Assembly (NCBI GenBank): GCA_904420525.1
Contig: CAJFVT010000101.1
Coordinates: 3,546 to 67,545, forward strand
Direction of reading: 5' to 3'
From: an uncultured Clostridia bacterium
GTDB taxonomy: Bacteria; Bacillota; Clostridia; UBA1381
DNA length: 64,000 bases
This document shows, piece after piece, positions 11,120 to 21,147 of the stretch (position 1 is its first letter; each line of letters opens with the position of its first letter). The notes beneath the pieces were generated by a model. The model was not told the origin of the DNA and searched no databases. It worked only from the letters and a program-made list of their open reading frames with translations. Made by a program: the position numbers and the translations under genes.

Positions 11120-11148
11120 ATTCTACCATATTGTGAAGACTTTGTCAA
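11120..11148 (-). promoter_or_regulatory. SigA promoter of icd
   Basis: Minus-strand TTGACA-N17-TAGAAT with TGn. Confidence 0.7.
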
Positions 11149-11181
11149 GATGATTGCACGGCATAATATCAATAATTCGGC

Positions 11182-11211
11182 AAAAAAACGCGGTCACTAT
11201 CGGTGACCGCG
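11182..11211 (-). terminator. Rho-independent terminator
   Basis: CGCGGTCAC/GTGACCGCG stem with T7 on the minus strand. Confidence 0.75.
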
Positions 11212-11247
11212 CTATGATCTCCCCCTTCGATCCTGTAGACCGGGGAG

Positions 11248-11811
11248 TTATGCCTTCTTCGTTGTTGTCGTTTTCTTTGCTGCTGTTGTCTTTTTTGCCG
11301 CTGTTGTTTTTGCCGCAGCAGGTTTTGCCGCAGGCTTCTTTACTGTTGCAGGCTTCTTTACAGGCTCTGCCTTTACAGCCGCCTTTGCCGGTGCTGTCTG
11401 GACAGCCTTCGTCTCCTTAGCTGCCGAAGCCGGCTTTGCCTCCTTGACTTCTGCCTTTGCTTCTGAAGCTCTTCTTGACGGGGCCACATACTTGGGTATA
11501 GCATCGTTAAGCGTTGCGAGCTTTTCGAAATTTCCCTTTGCAGTCGCAAGACCTTTTTCGATCGCCTTGTCAAGTGTAAGCTTGCCTGAAAGAATATCGC
11601 TGAATGCTTTTCTGTCAATATCAATCACTGCATCGTTATCACGGTAATCATAGCCTTCTACAACAACCTTTCCATCTGCTGATTTGAAGTATAATGTACC
11701 GCCGCAGTCATCATCTGTCAATGTGACCTGTACAGCCATGTCTGCAAGCTTTGAAGCGTCAACCTCTTCAAATTTAGCCTTTATCCTTTTTAACGCACTT
11801 TCAAAAGTCAT
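11248..11811 (-). CDS. SCP2 sterol/lipid-binding domain protein with Lys/Ala/Thr-rich tail
   Basis: 'AFSDILSGKLTLDKAIEKGLATAKGN' fits the SCP2 signature; tail KKPAAKPAAAKTTAAKKTTAAKK; promoter TTGACA-N17-TATACT at 11896-11868. Confidence 0.75.
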   Translation of the reverse strand: MTFESALKRIKAKFEEVDASKLADMAVQVTLTDDDCGGTLYFKSADGKVVVEGYDYRDNDAVIDIDRKAFSDILSGKLTLDKAIEKGLATAKGNFEKLATLNDAIPKYVAPSRRASEAKAEVKEAKPASAAKETKAVQTAPAKAAVKAEPVKKPATVKKPAAKPAAAKTTAAKKTTAAKKTTTTKKA

Positions 11812-11983
11812 GAAAACTCTCCTTTCATCGAAGCTCTGTTCGATCTGTTAACTAAGATTACAATTATAGTATACATCAAATTTTCAGTCATGTCAATTAA
11901 AAATGTCGTTTATTTTCAAATATAAACAAATTTTTGTTAAAACTATTTATAAAATCCACGTTATTACGCTATTTTTTAGATAA

Positions 11984-12832
11984 TTATGCGTTATTGAGCA
12001 CCGCTGCCTTAAGCGTATTTTTCATAAGCATTGCGATCGTCATGGGACCTACGCCTCCCGGAACCGGTGTTATAGCTCCCGCTGTCTGTTCAGCCGACTC
12101 GAATTCCACATCTCCGACAAGCTTTTTCGGCGCTATTCTGTTTATACCGACATCTATCACGACCGCGCCCGGCTTTATCATATCTCCCTTGATAAAATTC
12201 GGTATTCCCACAGCCGCTACAAGTATATCAGCCTTTCGCGTCTTTTCAGCAAGATCCGCTGTCTTTGAATGGCAGATAGTTACCGTGCCGTTCTGATGAA
12301 GCAGAAGCATCGCCATAGGTTTTCCGACGATATTCGAGCGTCCTACCACAACGCATTCCTTGCCGGTTATATCTATCCCCGATTCCTTTATCAGCTCCAT
12401 TACTCCGGCAGGTGTACACGGCACAAAATCGTAGCTGCCTGTCATTATTTTCCCAACATTTATCGGATGGAAAGCATCGACATCCTTTTTAGGATCTATC
12501 GCGTTTATTACCTCCTGCTCATCGATGTGCTCCGGCAGCGGCAGCTGACAGAGTATACCCGAAACAGCACTGTCTTTGTTGATCTTATCTATGAGCGCCA
12601 AAAGCTCCGACTGCGGCGTATCGGCGCTGAGCAGATATTCAAACGACTCTATGCCAATATACTCACATGCCTTCTTTTTATTATTTACATATACCCTACT
12701 TGCCGGATCGTCTCCTACCAGTATAACGGCGAGCCCCGGAACTATCCCGCGTGACCTGAGTCCTTTTACCTCTTCTTTCAGCTCGTCCTTTATTCTGTCC
12801 GAAACTTCCTTTCCCTTCAGCAGCTTTGCCAT
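11984..12832 (-). CDS. folD: Bifunctional methylenetetrahydrofolate dehydrogenase/cyclohydrolase
   Basis: [47 protein letters not shown] 12832 with RBS. Confidence 0.97.
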   Translation of the reverse strand: MAKLLKGKEVSDRIKDELKEEVKGLRSRGIVPGLAVILVGDDPASRVYVNNKKKACEYIGIESFEYLLSADTPQSELLALIDKINKDSAVSGILCQLPLPEHIDEQEVINAIDPKKDVDAFHPINVGKIMTGSYDFVPCTPAGVMELIKESGIDITGKECVVVGRSNIVGKPMAMLLLHQNGTVTICHSKTADLAEKTRKADILVAAVGIPNFIKGDMIKPGAVVIDVGINRIAPKKLVGDVEFESAEQTAGAITPVPGGVGPMTIAMLMKNTLKAAVLNNA

Positions 12833-14693
12833 GCTTTTCACCTTTCCTTTCGTTATGATCGTTTTTTATCTTTCTCGGCGGTATCAGGCATTCCTTTCCG
12901 AAGCCTATAAGATCTCTGCGCCCCGCTTCAAGCAGCGCCTCCTTTACAAGATCGTAGTTTTCCTCGTCTCTGAACTGCAGCAGTGCGCGCTGCAATGCCT
13001 TTTCTCTGGGAGAGCGCGCCACATATACCTCCTTCATTGTAAAAGGATCCAGTCCCGTATAGAACATACAGGTGGACACAGTACCTGGCGTAGGATAAAA
13101 ATCCTGCACCTGACGCGGATTTATCTTGTGCCTGTTAAGATATTCCGCAAGCTTTACAGCATCCGCCACAGTGCTTCCCGGATGACTTGACATAAGATAC
13201 GGCACAAGATACTGATCCAGTCCCAGCTTATTATTGAGCTCATAAAATTTATCGGAAAACCGTTCATACACATCGTTTGCAGGCTTCCCCATATAGTGCA
13301 GGACGTTATCCGAAATATGCTCAGGCGCGACCCTGAGCTGACCGCTCACATGATATTTCAGCAGTTCCCTGAAAAAGGTATCGTCGCGGTCAGCCATCAG
13401 ATAGTCAAATCTTATACCCGATCTCACGAAAACCTTTTTCACCCCGTCAATGCCCCTGAGCTTCCTTAACAGCTCCAGATACTTCTCATGGTCTATCTTC
13501 ATATTCGGGCACGGCTTTGGGAACAGACACTGTCTGTCAGAACACGCTCCCTTTGTCAGCTGCTTTGCGCACGCCGGTTCACGGAAATTCGCCGTTGGAC
13601 CGCCTACATCGTGTATATATCCCTTAAAGTCCGGATCCTTTGTCATCAGTTCAGCTTCCCTTATCATGCTCTCATCACTTCTTGATGTAACTATACGTCC
13701 CTGATGAAACGCCAGCGCACAGAAATTGCAGCTCCCGTAACAGCCGCGGTTTGAAGAAATCGAGAACTTAACCTCCTCGATCGCTTTTATCCCGCCGTAT
13801 TTATCATACATGGGGTGCGGTCTGCGCATATACGGCAGCTCATATACCTCATCAAGCTCATACGTATCAAGCGGCGGCTGCGGCGGATTTTGTATAAGGA
13901 AGCGCCCGCCGTGCTCCTGTGCCAAAGCCTCACCCAGATACGGATTTTGCTCACGGTACTGCTCACGGCACGAAACAGCATAAGCGCGCTTATCCGAAAC
14001 ACATTCCTCATACGAAGGTATTACCTTGTATCCATCGGCATGGGACTGTATAAAGCATGTCCCGGCCACTGTTGTGATATCGCCTATATCCACACCGCTG
14101 TTGAGAAGATCCGCGATCTCTGCTATCTGCCTTTCACCCATGCCGTACATCAAAAGATCTGCTCTGGAATCGAACAAGATAGACCGCCGCACCTTATTAT
14201 CCCAATAATCATAATGCGCAAACCTTCTCAGGCTTGCCTCTACCCCGCCTATCAGGAGCGGTATTTTCCCGAACGCCTCGCGGACACGGTTACAGTACAC
14301 TATAGTCGCTCTGTCCGGACGGCATCCGGTCTTGTTTCCGGGCGAGTAAGCATCATCATGCCGTCTTTTCCCGCTAACCGTATAATGGTTTACCATACTG
14401 TCGATATTACCTGCAGTAACCAGCACACCAAGCCGCGGACGGCCAAGCTTTTTAAAATCCTCAGCGCTATGCCAATCCGGCTGCGGCAGGATAGCTACTC
14501 TGTATCCATGCGCTTCAAGCACCCTTGATATGATGGCATGACCAAAGCTGGGATGATCGACATATGCGTCACCTGTGATATAGAGGAAATCATAATGATC
14601 CCAGCCCCTCGCTTTCATATCCTCAGCAGAGACCGGCAGAAATCCTGACGTACCGCTATCCGCGGGTATGTTTTTTAAATCAGTTTTTTTCAT
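12696..14693 (-). CDS. YgiQ family radical SAM protein
   Basis: [30 protein letters not shown] (CxxxCxxC), [17 protein letters not shown]. Confidence 0.93.
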   Translation of the reverse strand: MKKTDLKNIPADSGTSGFLPVSAEDMKARGWDHYDFLYITGDAYVDHPSFGHAIISRVLEAHGYRVAILPQPDWHSAEDFKKLGRPRLGVLVTAGNIDSMVNHYTVSGKRRHDDAYSPGNKTGCRPDRATIVYCNRVREAFGKIPLLIGGVEASLRRFAHYDYWDNKVRRSILFDSRADLLMYGMGERQIAEIADLLNSGVDIGDITTVAGTCFIQSHADGYKVIPSYEECVSDKRAYAVSCREQYREQNPYLGEALAQEHGGRFLIQNPPQPPLDTYELDEVYELPYMRRPHPMYDKYGGIKAIEEVKFSISSNRGCYGSCNFCALAFHQGRIVTSRSDESMIREAELMTKDPDFKGYIHDVGGPTANFREPACAKQLTKGACSDRQCLFPKPCPNMKIDHEKYLELLRKLRGIDGVKKVFVRSGIRFDYLMADRDDTFFRELLKYHVSGQLRVAPEHISDNVLHYMGKPANDVYERFSDKFYELNNKLGLDQYLVPYLMSSHPGSTVADAVKLAEYLNRHKINPRQVQDFYPTPGTVSTCMFYTGLDPFTMKEVYVARSPREKALQRALLQFRDEENYDLVKEALLEAGRRDLIGFGKECLIPPRKIKNDHNERKGEKHGKAAEGKGSFGQNKGRAERRGKRTQVTRDSSGARRYTGRRRSGK

Positions 14694-14709
14694 CCTGTGT
14701 CAGCTCCAA

Positions 14710-17331
14710 TTATGTTTCCGTATCTTCCGATGCGAACGGCATATCAGCATGGCTGACAAGCACGTCACGCGGCTTTGATCCGTTTGCCGGAGATACTATC
14801 CCCCGCGCCTCCATCTGATCTATTATCCTGCCGGCGCGAGAATATCCTACCCCCAGCCTGCGCTGTATCATTGACGTTGATATCTTGCCCAGCTCAACAG
14901 CAAGCTTTATTGCATCCGGCAGCAGCGCATCTCCGTCATCCTCAGTATCAGGAGTTACTCCGTTTTCACCCAGAGCCACTCTTTCTATATGCTCCTCAAG
15001 ATCCTCACTGTAATGAGTCTGCGGAGACGTGCTCTTTATATAATCTACTATCCTCTCGACCTCTCCGTCAGAAACGAACGCGCCCTGCACCCTGGTTGTA
15101 GCTCTCGCGCCTGTAGGGTAATAGAGCATATCGCCCATACCAAGGAGCTTTTCAGCACCGGCCTTATCCAGTATCGTCCGGCTGTCCACCTGCTGCGAGA
15201 CGAAAAACGCTATCCTCGAAGGTATATTAGCCTTTATAAGACCTGTGATAACATCTACCGAAGGACGCTGCGTAGCGATTATGAGATGGATCCCTGCCGC
15301 TCTTGCAAGCTGCGCGAGACGGCACACATAATCCTCTACCTCCTTTGCCGCTACCATCATAAGATCGGCAAGCTCGTCTATTATTATAACTATCTGCGGG
15401 AGCTTTTCACCGCCTGTCTTTTCCATCAGCTTATTATAGGTCTCAAGCTTACGTACACCTGAATTCTTGAACAGATCATAGCGGTTCATCATCTCTGAAA
15501 CCGCCCAGTTAAGCGCGCCGGCAGCCTTTTTTGCTTCCGTCACAACAGGTATGAGCAGATGCGGGATGCCGTTATAAACACCAAGCTCCACCTGCTTGGG
15601 ATCTACCATTATAAGCTTTACCTCGCTCGGTCTTGCCTTGTACAAAATAGATGTGATTATCGTATTTATACACACCGATTTACCAGAGCCTGTCGCTCCG
15701 GCGATCAGCGCGTGCGGCCATTTCGCAATATCACCCACAACAACATTTCCGCCTATGTCCTTGCCGAGGCATACCGTCAGCTTCGACTTAGCATTTATAA
15801 ACTCCGGCGATTCAAGCATTTCACGTATCTTTACAGGCGTTACATGTGTATTCGGGATCTCGACCCCGACCGTTGCCGCTTTTCCAGGCACCGGCGCTAT
15901 CAAGACTGTTGCCACCGCCATATTAAGCGCGATATCATCAGCAAGATTAACTATTTTTGAAAGCTTTGTCCCACTGCTTGGCTGTATCTCATAGCGCGTT
16001 ACAGTCGGGCCCTGAGTGACCTGAACAGGCTTTGCCTTTACTCCGAAATTATCAAGCACCGCTATGAGCTGCTCGGCTTTTTTATACAGCTCACGCCGCT
16101 GGTCGCTCGAAACACGCACCGGTTCATCAAGAAGATCCAAAGTCGGGAACCGGTATTCATCTGTCGTTTCAAGCATGGCACGGTCAAGCTCATTGTGAAA
16201 GCTCAGCTTTTCATCTTCGGTCAGCTTTTTAGCCTTTTGCGTGTCCGCCATCTGCGATACATTCATATCCTTCAAAAGCTCGTTCGACTCATAATCCTCC
16301 TCCTGCTGTTCATCAGATAAGCCCTCAGCATCTGTCTCCGTCTGCTCCTGCTCCTCTTCTGAATTCTCTGTCTTATCATCTTCTATCTCTGTATCTGTAA
16401 GCTCAGACTCCGGTCCATCAAACCGCATATTGTACAGATCAAAGCCGCTGCCGCCAAAGTCATCACCGAATATATCCGGTCTCGGCTCGGCCGCGTCCGT
16501 TCCAATATCCTCGGCAAAGCCGTTTGCAATGTCGATCGTAGGATCGCCGCTGCTGTGTCTCTGAGCTGTATCATCATGTCTCTGTTTTTTTCTGCGCTCA
16601 CTGAGACTCATCGGCAGCTCATCCTCCTCCGGAGGGACGTACTGAGGTCCCTTACGATGCTCCGTCTCATACTCATGCTCCGGCTCGTTCTCCGCCGTCT
16701 CACGGCGTCTGCGCACGTATTCCTCAGTACGCCGCTTCATCTTTCCGCCCATATCCACGGAATACCCCAGCATCATTTTTGAATATTTGACTAAATACGG
16801 TATAAGATTGACCCGTGTTATAAGACATCCGAATACTATAAAAAGCACGGCAGACAGCAGAAATGACGCTACCGGCCCTATCAGCCCCGATAGAAACGAC
16901 GCCACTGAAACTCCTACAAGTCCTCCTCCGTTCATGTATTCGCTGCACATGTCAAATGCGACTGATGCATCATAGTCAGCAAACAGTCCTATAATTGCAG
17001 ACATATCCGTAAGAGCGCATATTGAAAGCACAAATTTTATCCACATCCTGCTCACGGACCTGTAATAGATCAGATATCCCAGCGTACCAAGAAATATGAC
17101 CGGTATCATAAAGGACATGATCCCGAACAGTCCGCCAAGAGTCCCGCGTATCGCCTCGGCTATAACAGCATCCGTATTTATATACATAAACAAGCCCGTA
17201 AACGCAAACATTACCGTCCATATAAGCCCGTGCAAAAAAAGCGGACTTGAAAAAAACGATTCATTCACCGGAGCAGCATTCTTTTTTGACGCTGTTTTTG
17301 CTTTACCGCTTGTTTTTTTCTTTTCAGCCAT
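14710..17331 (-). CDS. ftsK: DNA translocase FtsK/SpoIIIE
   Basis: N-terminal TM helices, acidic linker, GATGSGKS, IIIDELADLM, ATQRPSVDVITG, gamma domain STSMIQRRLGVGYSRAGR. Confidence 0.96.
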   Translation of the reverse strand: MAEKKKTSGKAKTASKKNAAPVNESFFSSPLFLHGLIWTVMFAFTGLFMYINTDAVIAEAIRGTLGGLFGIMSFMIPVIFLGTLGYLIYYRSVSRMWIKFVLSICALTDMSAIIGLFADYDASVAFDMCSEYMNGGGLVGVSVASFLSGLIGPVASFLLSAVLFIVFGCLITRVNLIPYLVKYSKMMLGYSVDMGGKMKRRTEEYVRRRRETAENEPEHEYETEHRKGPQYVPPEEDELPMSLSERRKKQRHDDTAQRHSSGDPTIDIANGFAEDIGTDAAEPRPDIFGDDFGGSGFDLYNMRFDGPESELTDTEIEDDKTENSEEEQEQTETDAEGLSDEQQEEDYESNELLKDMNVSQMADTQKAKKLTEDEKLSFHNELDRAMLETTDEYRFPTLDLLDEPVRVSSDQRRELYKKAEQLIAVLDNFGVKAKPVQVTQGPTVTRYEIQPSSGTKLSKIVNLADDIALNMAVATVLIAPVPGKAATVGVEIPNTHVTPVKIREMLESPEFINAKSKLTVCLGKDIGGNVVVGDIAKWPHALIAGATGSGKSVCINTIITSILYKARPSEVKLIMVDPKQVELGVYNGIPHLLIPVVTEAKKAAGALNWAVSEMMNRYDLFKNSGVRKLETYNKLMEKTGGEKLPQIVIIIDELADLMMVAAKEVEDYVCRLAQLARAAGIHLIIATQRPSVDVITGLIKANIPSRIAFFVSQQVDSRTILDKAGAEKLLGMGDMLYYPTGARATTRVQGAFVSDGEVERIVDYIKSTSPQTHYSEDLEEHIERVALGENGVTPDTEDDGDALLPDAIKLAVELGKISTSMIQRRLGVGYSRAGRIIDQMEARGIVSPANGSKPRDVLVSHADMPFASEDTET

Positions 17332-17576
17332 TTGCTTCGATCTACCTCCTTTGGCAACACATCAATTTTAGTATATCATACTTTACCTAAAAAATCTACC
17401 CCCATTATGCGTCTTTCTTGCTGCATTGATCATAGTATTTCTCTGATTTTACTATTGATTTCCTTTATATCATGTGATAATATATATTTAGACGCTTGCG
17501 AAACGAACGTTTTGCAAGCCGTCAAGCATAGAAAGGATTACCTAATAATATATATTTGAAGAAAGGACGATACTTT

Positions 17577-17813
17577 ATGTTTGTAACATACTGCACAAAA
17601 TGCAACCGTATTTTCTATTCAAAGCGCATAGGCAATTATTGCAGAAAATGCGGCTCGGTGCTTACCGATGTCCCGTCAGGATTTTCCGAGGTCACAGAGC
17701 TATCGATCAATGAACGCTACCGGCTCGCATATAGACTCACCAATGAATATGACCAGCTCGTAAAAGAGGCTGAGGATAAACGGCTGCGCAGCAGCAGATC
17801 ACACAATGAATGA
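17577..17813 (+). CDS. Small zinc-ribbon protein of unknown function
   Basis: CTKC...CRKCG; AAGGA RBS before ATG 17577; followed by hairpin GACCGGCG/CGCCGGTC (17818-17843). Confidence 0.7.
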   Translation: MFVTYCTKCNRIFYSKRIGNYCRKCGSVLTDVPSGFSEVTELSINERYRLAYRLTNEYDQLVKEAEDKRLRSSRSHNE

Positions 17814-17855
17814 ACACGACCGGCGCACTGCAGCACGCCGGTCAGTATTACATTG

Positions 17856-18308
17856 CTATTTCTTCAAATAATTCTCATACAGCTGCACTACATTTTCACT
17901 GCTTCCGGATACCACAAGCACAACCGTTCCCTTGTATTCCGTGAGCAAAGCGCTGTCTATCTTCTGCGCCTCAGCCGGTCTGTACGACGAATAATTATTC
18001 TTCTGTATATCCAGATGTCCTCTGAGCTTGGTCATAACAGTATCCGGATCAGAGGTCTTTATTATAGCAAATTCATCACATACGGCTTTTGTTCCGACAT
18101 AGGCAGTCATATCCGTGTAGTCACTCGGATTGAGAAAAAACCTTTTTTCCGCCGCCGTATCGTCTATCTCAGTCAGTCTCTCTGAAAACACTGAGGATGA
18201 ATTCAGCAGTTCAGTGAGCTCTGAGCTGTTTATTTCACTTATCCTTCCGCATGATGCAGTGCAAAGCGCAGCCAGAACGAACATACAAATAATTACAAAT
18301 TTCTTCAT
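17856..18308 (-). CDS. DUF4358-like lipoprotein
   Basis: Lipobox-like TASC; 'DEFAIIK...SYRPAEAQKIDSALL..KG..VVLVVS' pattern. Confidence 0.75.
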   Translation of the reverse strand: MKKFVIICMFVLAALCTASCGRISEINSSELTELLNSSSVFSERLTEIDDTAAEKRFFLNPSDYTDMTAYVGTKAVCDEFAIIKTSDPDTVMTKLRGHLDIQKNNYSSYRPAEAQKIDSALLTEYKGTVVLVVSGSSENVVQLYENYLKK

Positions 18309-18329
18309 CGCTTGCCTCCTGTATAACTC

Positions 18330-19382
18330 TTATTCCTCTGCGCTGTCATTACGTCCCGACACCGCTGAATCCTTCAGCACGTTTACAGTTGGACGCGGAG
18401 ATGCAGTTGACTCCTCATGATCTTCCCCGTCAGGCTCACTTGTCGGCCGTTCAGTCGACCTTGGTCTTGATGTCGGCTCTGTCCCCTCATTTTCTTCATC
18501 CTCGCCGCTTCCGCCTTCCTCGTCATCACTAAGATCACTCATATCCGGTATATAGGCGTTATCCGCTATATAATTCAGCATGGTTATATAGCAATCCCTG
18601 TTGAGATTGATCCCATCTGCCGATACGCCGCTTTCGATATATCCATCCTCATCCGCAAGAGCTTCATACGCATCTGCATAATAAACTTCTTCCTCAACAG
18701 CCAGACGCTTTAGCTCATCATTATACCCGAGTATATTACTTATGGTCACGCCGGATGAAGATGACTCTGATACCTCACGAGTCACCGGGGGGATCGAAAC
18801 GACATATATCCTTGCTCCATGCTGATATGACTTTACTTTTTCAATAAGCTCCATATATTTTTCAGCAAAGCCAGATGCGTCATTAGATGCAAGCTCCGAC
18901 TCACCGAAACAAAGGAAAACCTTGCTGAAATTCTTGCTCTTGAGCTGATCAACCACCGACATTGAATCATTGTCAGCCGCCGTTGTATAGGCATTGTCAA
19001 GGTCTATGCCTACTCTCGCATAAATATCCGAATTTGGCAGTATGCCGTAAGCGGATATGCCGTCTGCAAGCGCGTTCCCTATGAACGCAGAATCATCGAA
19101 AAACGATGTGTCAAGTGAGGAGACCGGTATATCTGCCCCGGACGGCACTTCCACAGCCGCAGTTGCTGACGGCTGCTCTGTTACCGCAGCACCGGCGCTC
19201 TGCCCCGCCCCGGACTGCGTCTGCGTGCCGCCTGTGCAGTATCTCAAACATACCGCCGCGATCGCCGCGGCAGCTATAAGCATGACGATAAGAACACAAT
19301 TCCTGCGCCGCCTTGCTCTGCGTTCACGCTCACGCCTCTTCCTTTCCTGTTCACGTCTCCACATACGCTGCGACATTGCCAT
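18330..19382 (-). CDS. Membrane-anchored SGNH/GDSL-like protein with degenerate active site
   Basis: Arg-rich N-terminus plus TM; blocks FIGNA, FGESE, SIPPV, YN..L, DGINL. Confidence 0.75.
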   Translation of the reverse strand: MAMSQRMWRREQERKRRERERRARRRRNCVLIVMLIAAAAIAAVCLRYCTGGTQTQSGAGQSAGAAVTEQPSATAAVEVPSGADIPVSSLDTSFFDDSAFIGNALADGISAYGILPNSDIYARVGIDLDNAYTTAADNDSMSVVDQLKSKNFSKVFLCFGESELASNDASGFAEKYMELIEKVKSYQHGARIYVVSIPPVTREVSESSSSGVTISNILGYNDELKRLAVEEEVYYADAYEALADEDGYIESGVSADGINLNRDCYITMLNYIADNAYIPDMSDLSDDEEGGSGEDEENEGTEPTSRPRSTERPTSEPDGEDHEESTASPRPTVNVLKDSAVSGRNDSAEE

Positions 19383-19416
19383 GCGAGAGCAACCCCTTCC
19401 TACGTTTATCAGTAAT

Positions 19417-20619
19417 TTAATCGTTAAGCATTTCTATTGCCTTATTAAGCTGCGTATCCGCCTCGCGCGGTATATCCGAAGCATAATATCCGGCATACTC
19501 CTCCGGAACACTCACGGCAACGTCAGGCTCTATACCAACTCCGTGTATGCACACGCCGTTCGGCGAATAGTATTTGGCTATAGTCATTGACATACCTGAT
19601 CCGTCATAGAACGGATAAACGGCCTGGACTATTCCCTTACCATAACTCTTCTCGCCTATTACCTCCGCCTTTCCGTAATCCTTGAGCGCGCCTACCAATA
19701 CCTCTGACGCGCTCGCACTGTTGCCGTTTATAAGCACTGCTATAGGCATATCAAGCTCAGCTTCATCCGAATAGTATTCCTCTCGTTCTCCGCTTCGCGT
19801 TTCAGTATATGTGATTATTCCCTCAGGCAGCAGATAATCTGCAATATCACACGCTATATCCAGAACTCCTCCCGGATTATCACGCAGGTCTATAATGAGC
19901 TTCTGCATACCCTGTGACTTCAGTGCTTCTGCCTGGGCCTCAAATTCTGTGAACGTATTCTCATCCGATCCCTGCTCGCTGGCATTGAAGCCTGTTATCC
20001 TTATATATCCTATATTTCCATCGAGCATTTCCGATTTGACCGATTCAGTTACTATTTCTTCACGATTGATATCAAAATCCATGCTCTGACCGCCGCGCTC
20101 GATGGTTATCCTGACACTGCTGCCAGCGGGACCGCCCTTTATCGCACTTACGCACTCATTCATTTCATCGCCTGAAAACGGCTGTCCGTCTACCGCTGTT
20201 ATATAATCACCGGGCATTATGCCGGCATTATACGCAGGAGACCCTTCAGTCGGTGCGATAACGATTATTTTCCCGGCTTCCTCATCTGCTGATATCACCA
20301 CTCCGATCCCGACATAGCTTTCTTCTATGGCGCTCATGTAAGACGCGAATTCATCAGGAGTATAATAATGAGTATACGGCTCGTCAAGCGCTTCAACATA
20401 CGCTTTTACGGCAGCCTCGCCCATTTCATCCATATTATAGTCCTCATACAGATAGTTGTTCCTTATATAAGCATTCACTGTTCCGAGCTTGCGGCTCATA
20501 CTGTCGCTGCCGACCGAACTGCCGCCGTCTCCGCTGAGTACGAAAAGAGCCGATGTACCGGCAAAGGTCACGGCCGCAGTAGTTGTTATCGTTATTATTG
20601 TCTTAACCGCAGGTTTCAA
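19417..20619 (-). CDS. ctpA: S41 family carboxyl-terminal protease with PDZ domain
   Basis: YVGIGV, GSPAYNAGI, DLRDNPGG, SASASE, GEKSYGKGIVQ, GIEPD. Confidence 0.93.
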   Translation of the reverse strand: MKPAVKTIITITTTAAVTFAGTSALFVLSGDGGSSVGSDSMSRKLGTVNAYIRNNYLYEDYNMDEMGEAAVKAYVEALDEPYTHYYTPDEFASYMSAIEESYVGIGVVISADEEAGKIIVIAPTEGSPAYNAGIMPGDYITAVDGQPFSGDEMNECVSAIKGGPAGSSVRITIERGGQSMDFDINREEIVTESVKSEMLDGNIGYIRITGFNASEQGSDENTFTEFEAQAEALKSQGMQKLIIDLRDNPGGVLDIACDIADYLLPEGIITYTETRSGEREEYYSDEAELDMPIAVLINGNSASASEVLVGALKDYGKAEVIGEKSYGKGIVQAVYPFYDGSGMSMTIAKYYSPNGVCIHGVGIEPDVAVSVPEEYAGYYASDIPREADTQLNKAIEMLND

Positions 20620-20712
20620 ATATCAACACCTCTGAAATATTATAGAATTTTAGAACAATATAAGCGATCATGAAGCATCGGCTTTTTGATCACCCATTTA
20701 AAATAATAACAA

Positions 20713-21125
20713 GGGAGCTGTCGCGTTAAGAGCCGCATGGGGCTGCTCGATTTTAGATGCAGAACGGACGAAACGCACACGACGGTGTATGTGTATACTC
20801 CGAGTTGTGCGTTTCGTTTGTAGGGGCTGTAGCAAAATGCACAGACCGCATAAAGCGAATAAAACAAAGCAGCTAAGCCATTTTTACAGTTTATTCTGAT
20901 AATGGCCAATGTGGAAATTTTCATAAAATGAAAATTTCAGTATTAAATCCGCTTTATGCTACGAACGAAACGAACCCCTCGACGTACCCATGTACGCCTT
21001 CGGGCAAGGGGGCTGCGCCCCTTCGTTTCGTCCGTTCTGCACTATTTTTCTAAAGCCCCACGAGGCTGTTGCAAACTCATTGAGTTTTGCAACAGCCTCG
21101 TTCTGTGCTAAAAGCGACAGCCCCC
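20713..21125. repeat. Nested inverted-repeat element (MITE-like or structured RNA)
   Basis: Multiple nested IRs, including a perfect 18-bp pair TGCAGAACGGACGAAACG (20758-20775)/CGTTTCGTCCGTTCTGCA (21024-21041); no credible ORF. Confidence 0.8.
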
Positions 21126-21147
21126 TCTCCCGGTTTTAGTAATTAAG

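Noticed and set aside
20640..20924. 94-aa minus-strand ORF inside the palindromic element
   Set aside because: No RBS and no recognisable motif; better explained as an artefact of the non-coding repeat
20713..21125. Possible CRISPR array
   Set aside because: The repeats are inverted and nested, not regularly spaced direct repeats, and no cas genes are nearby
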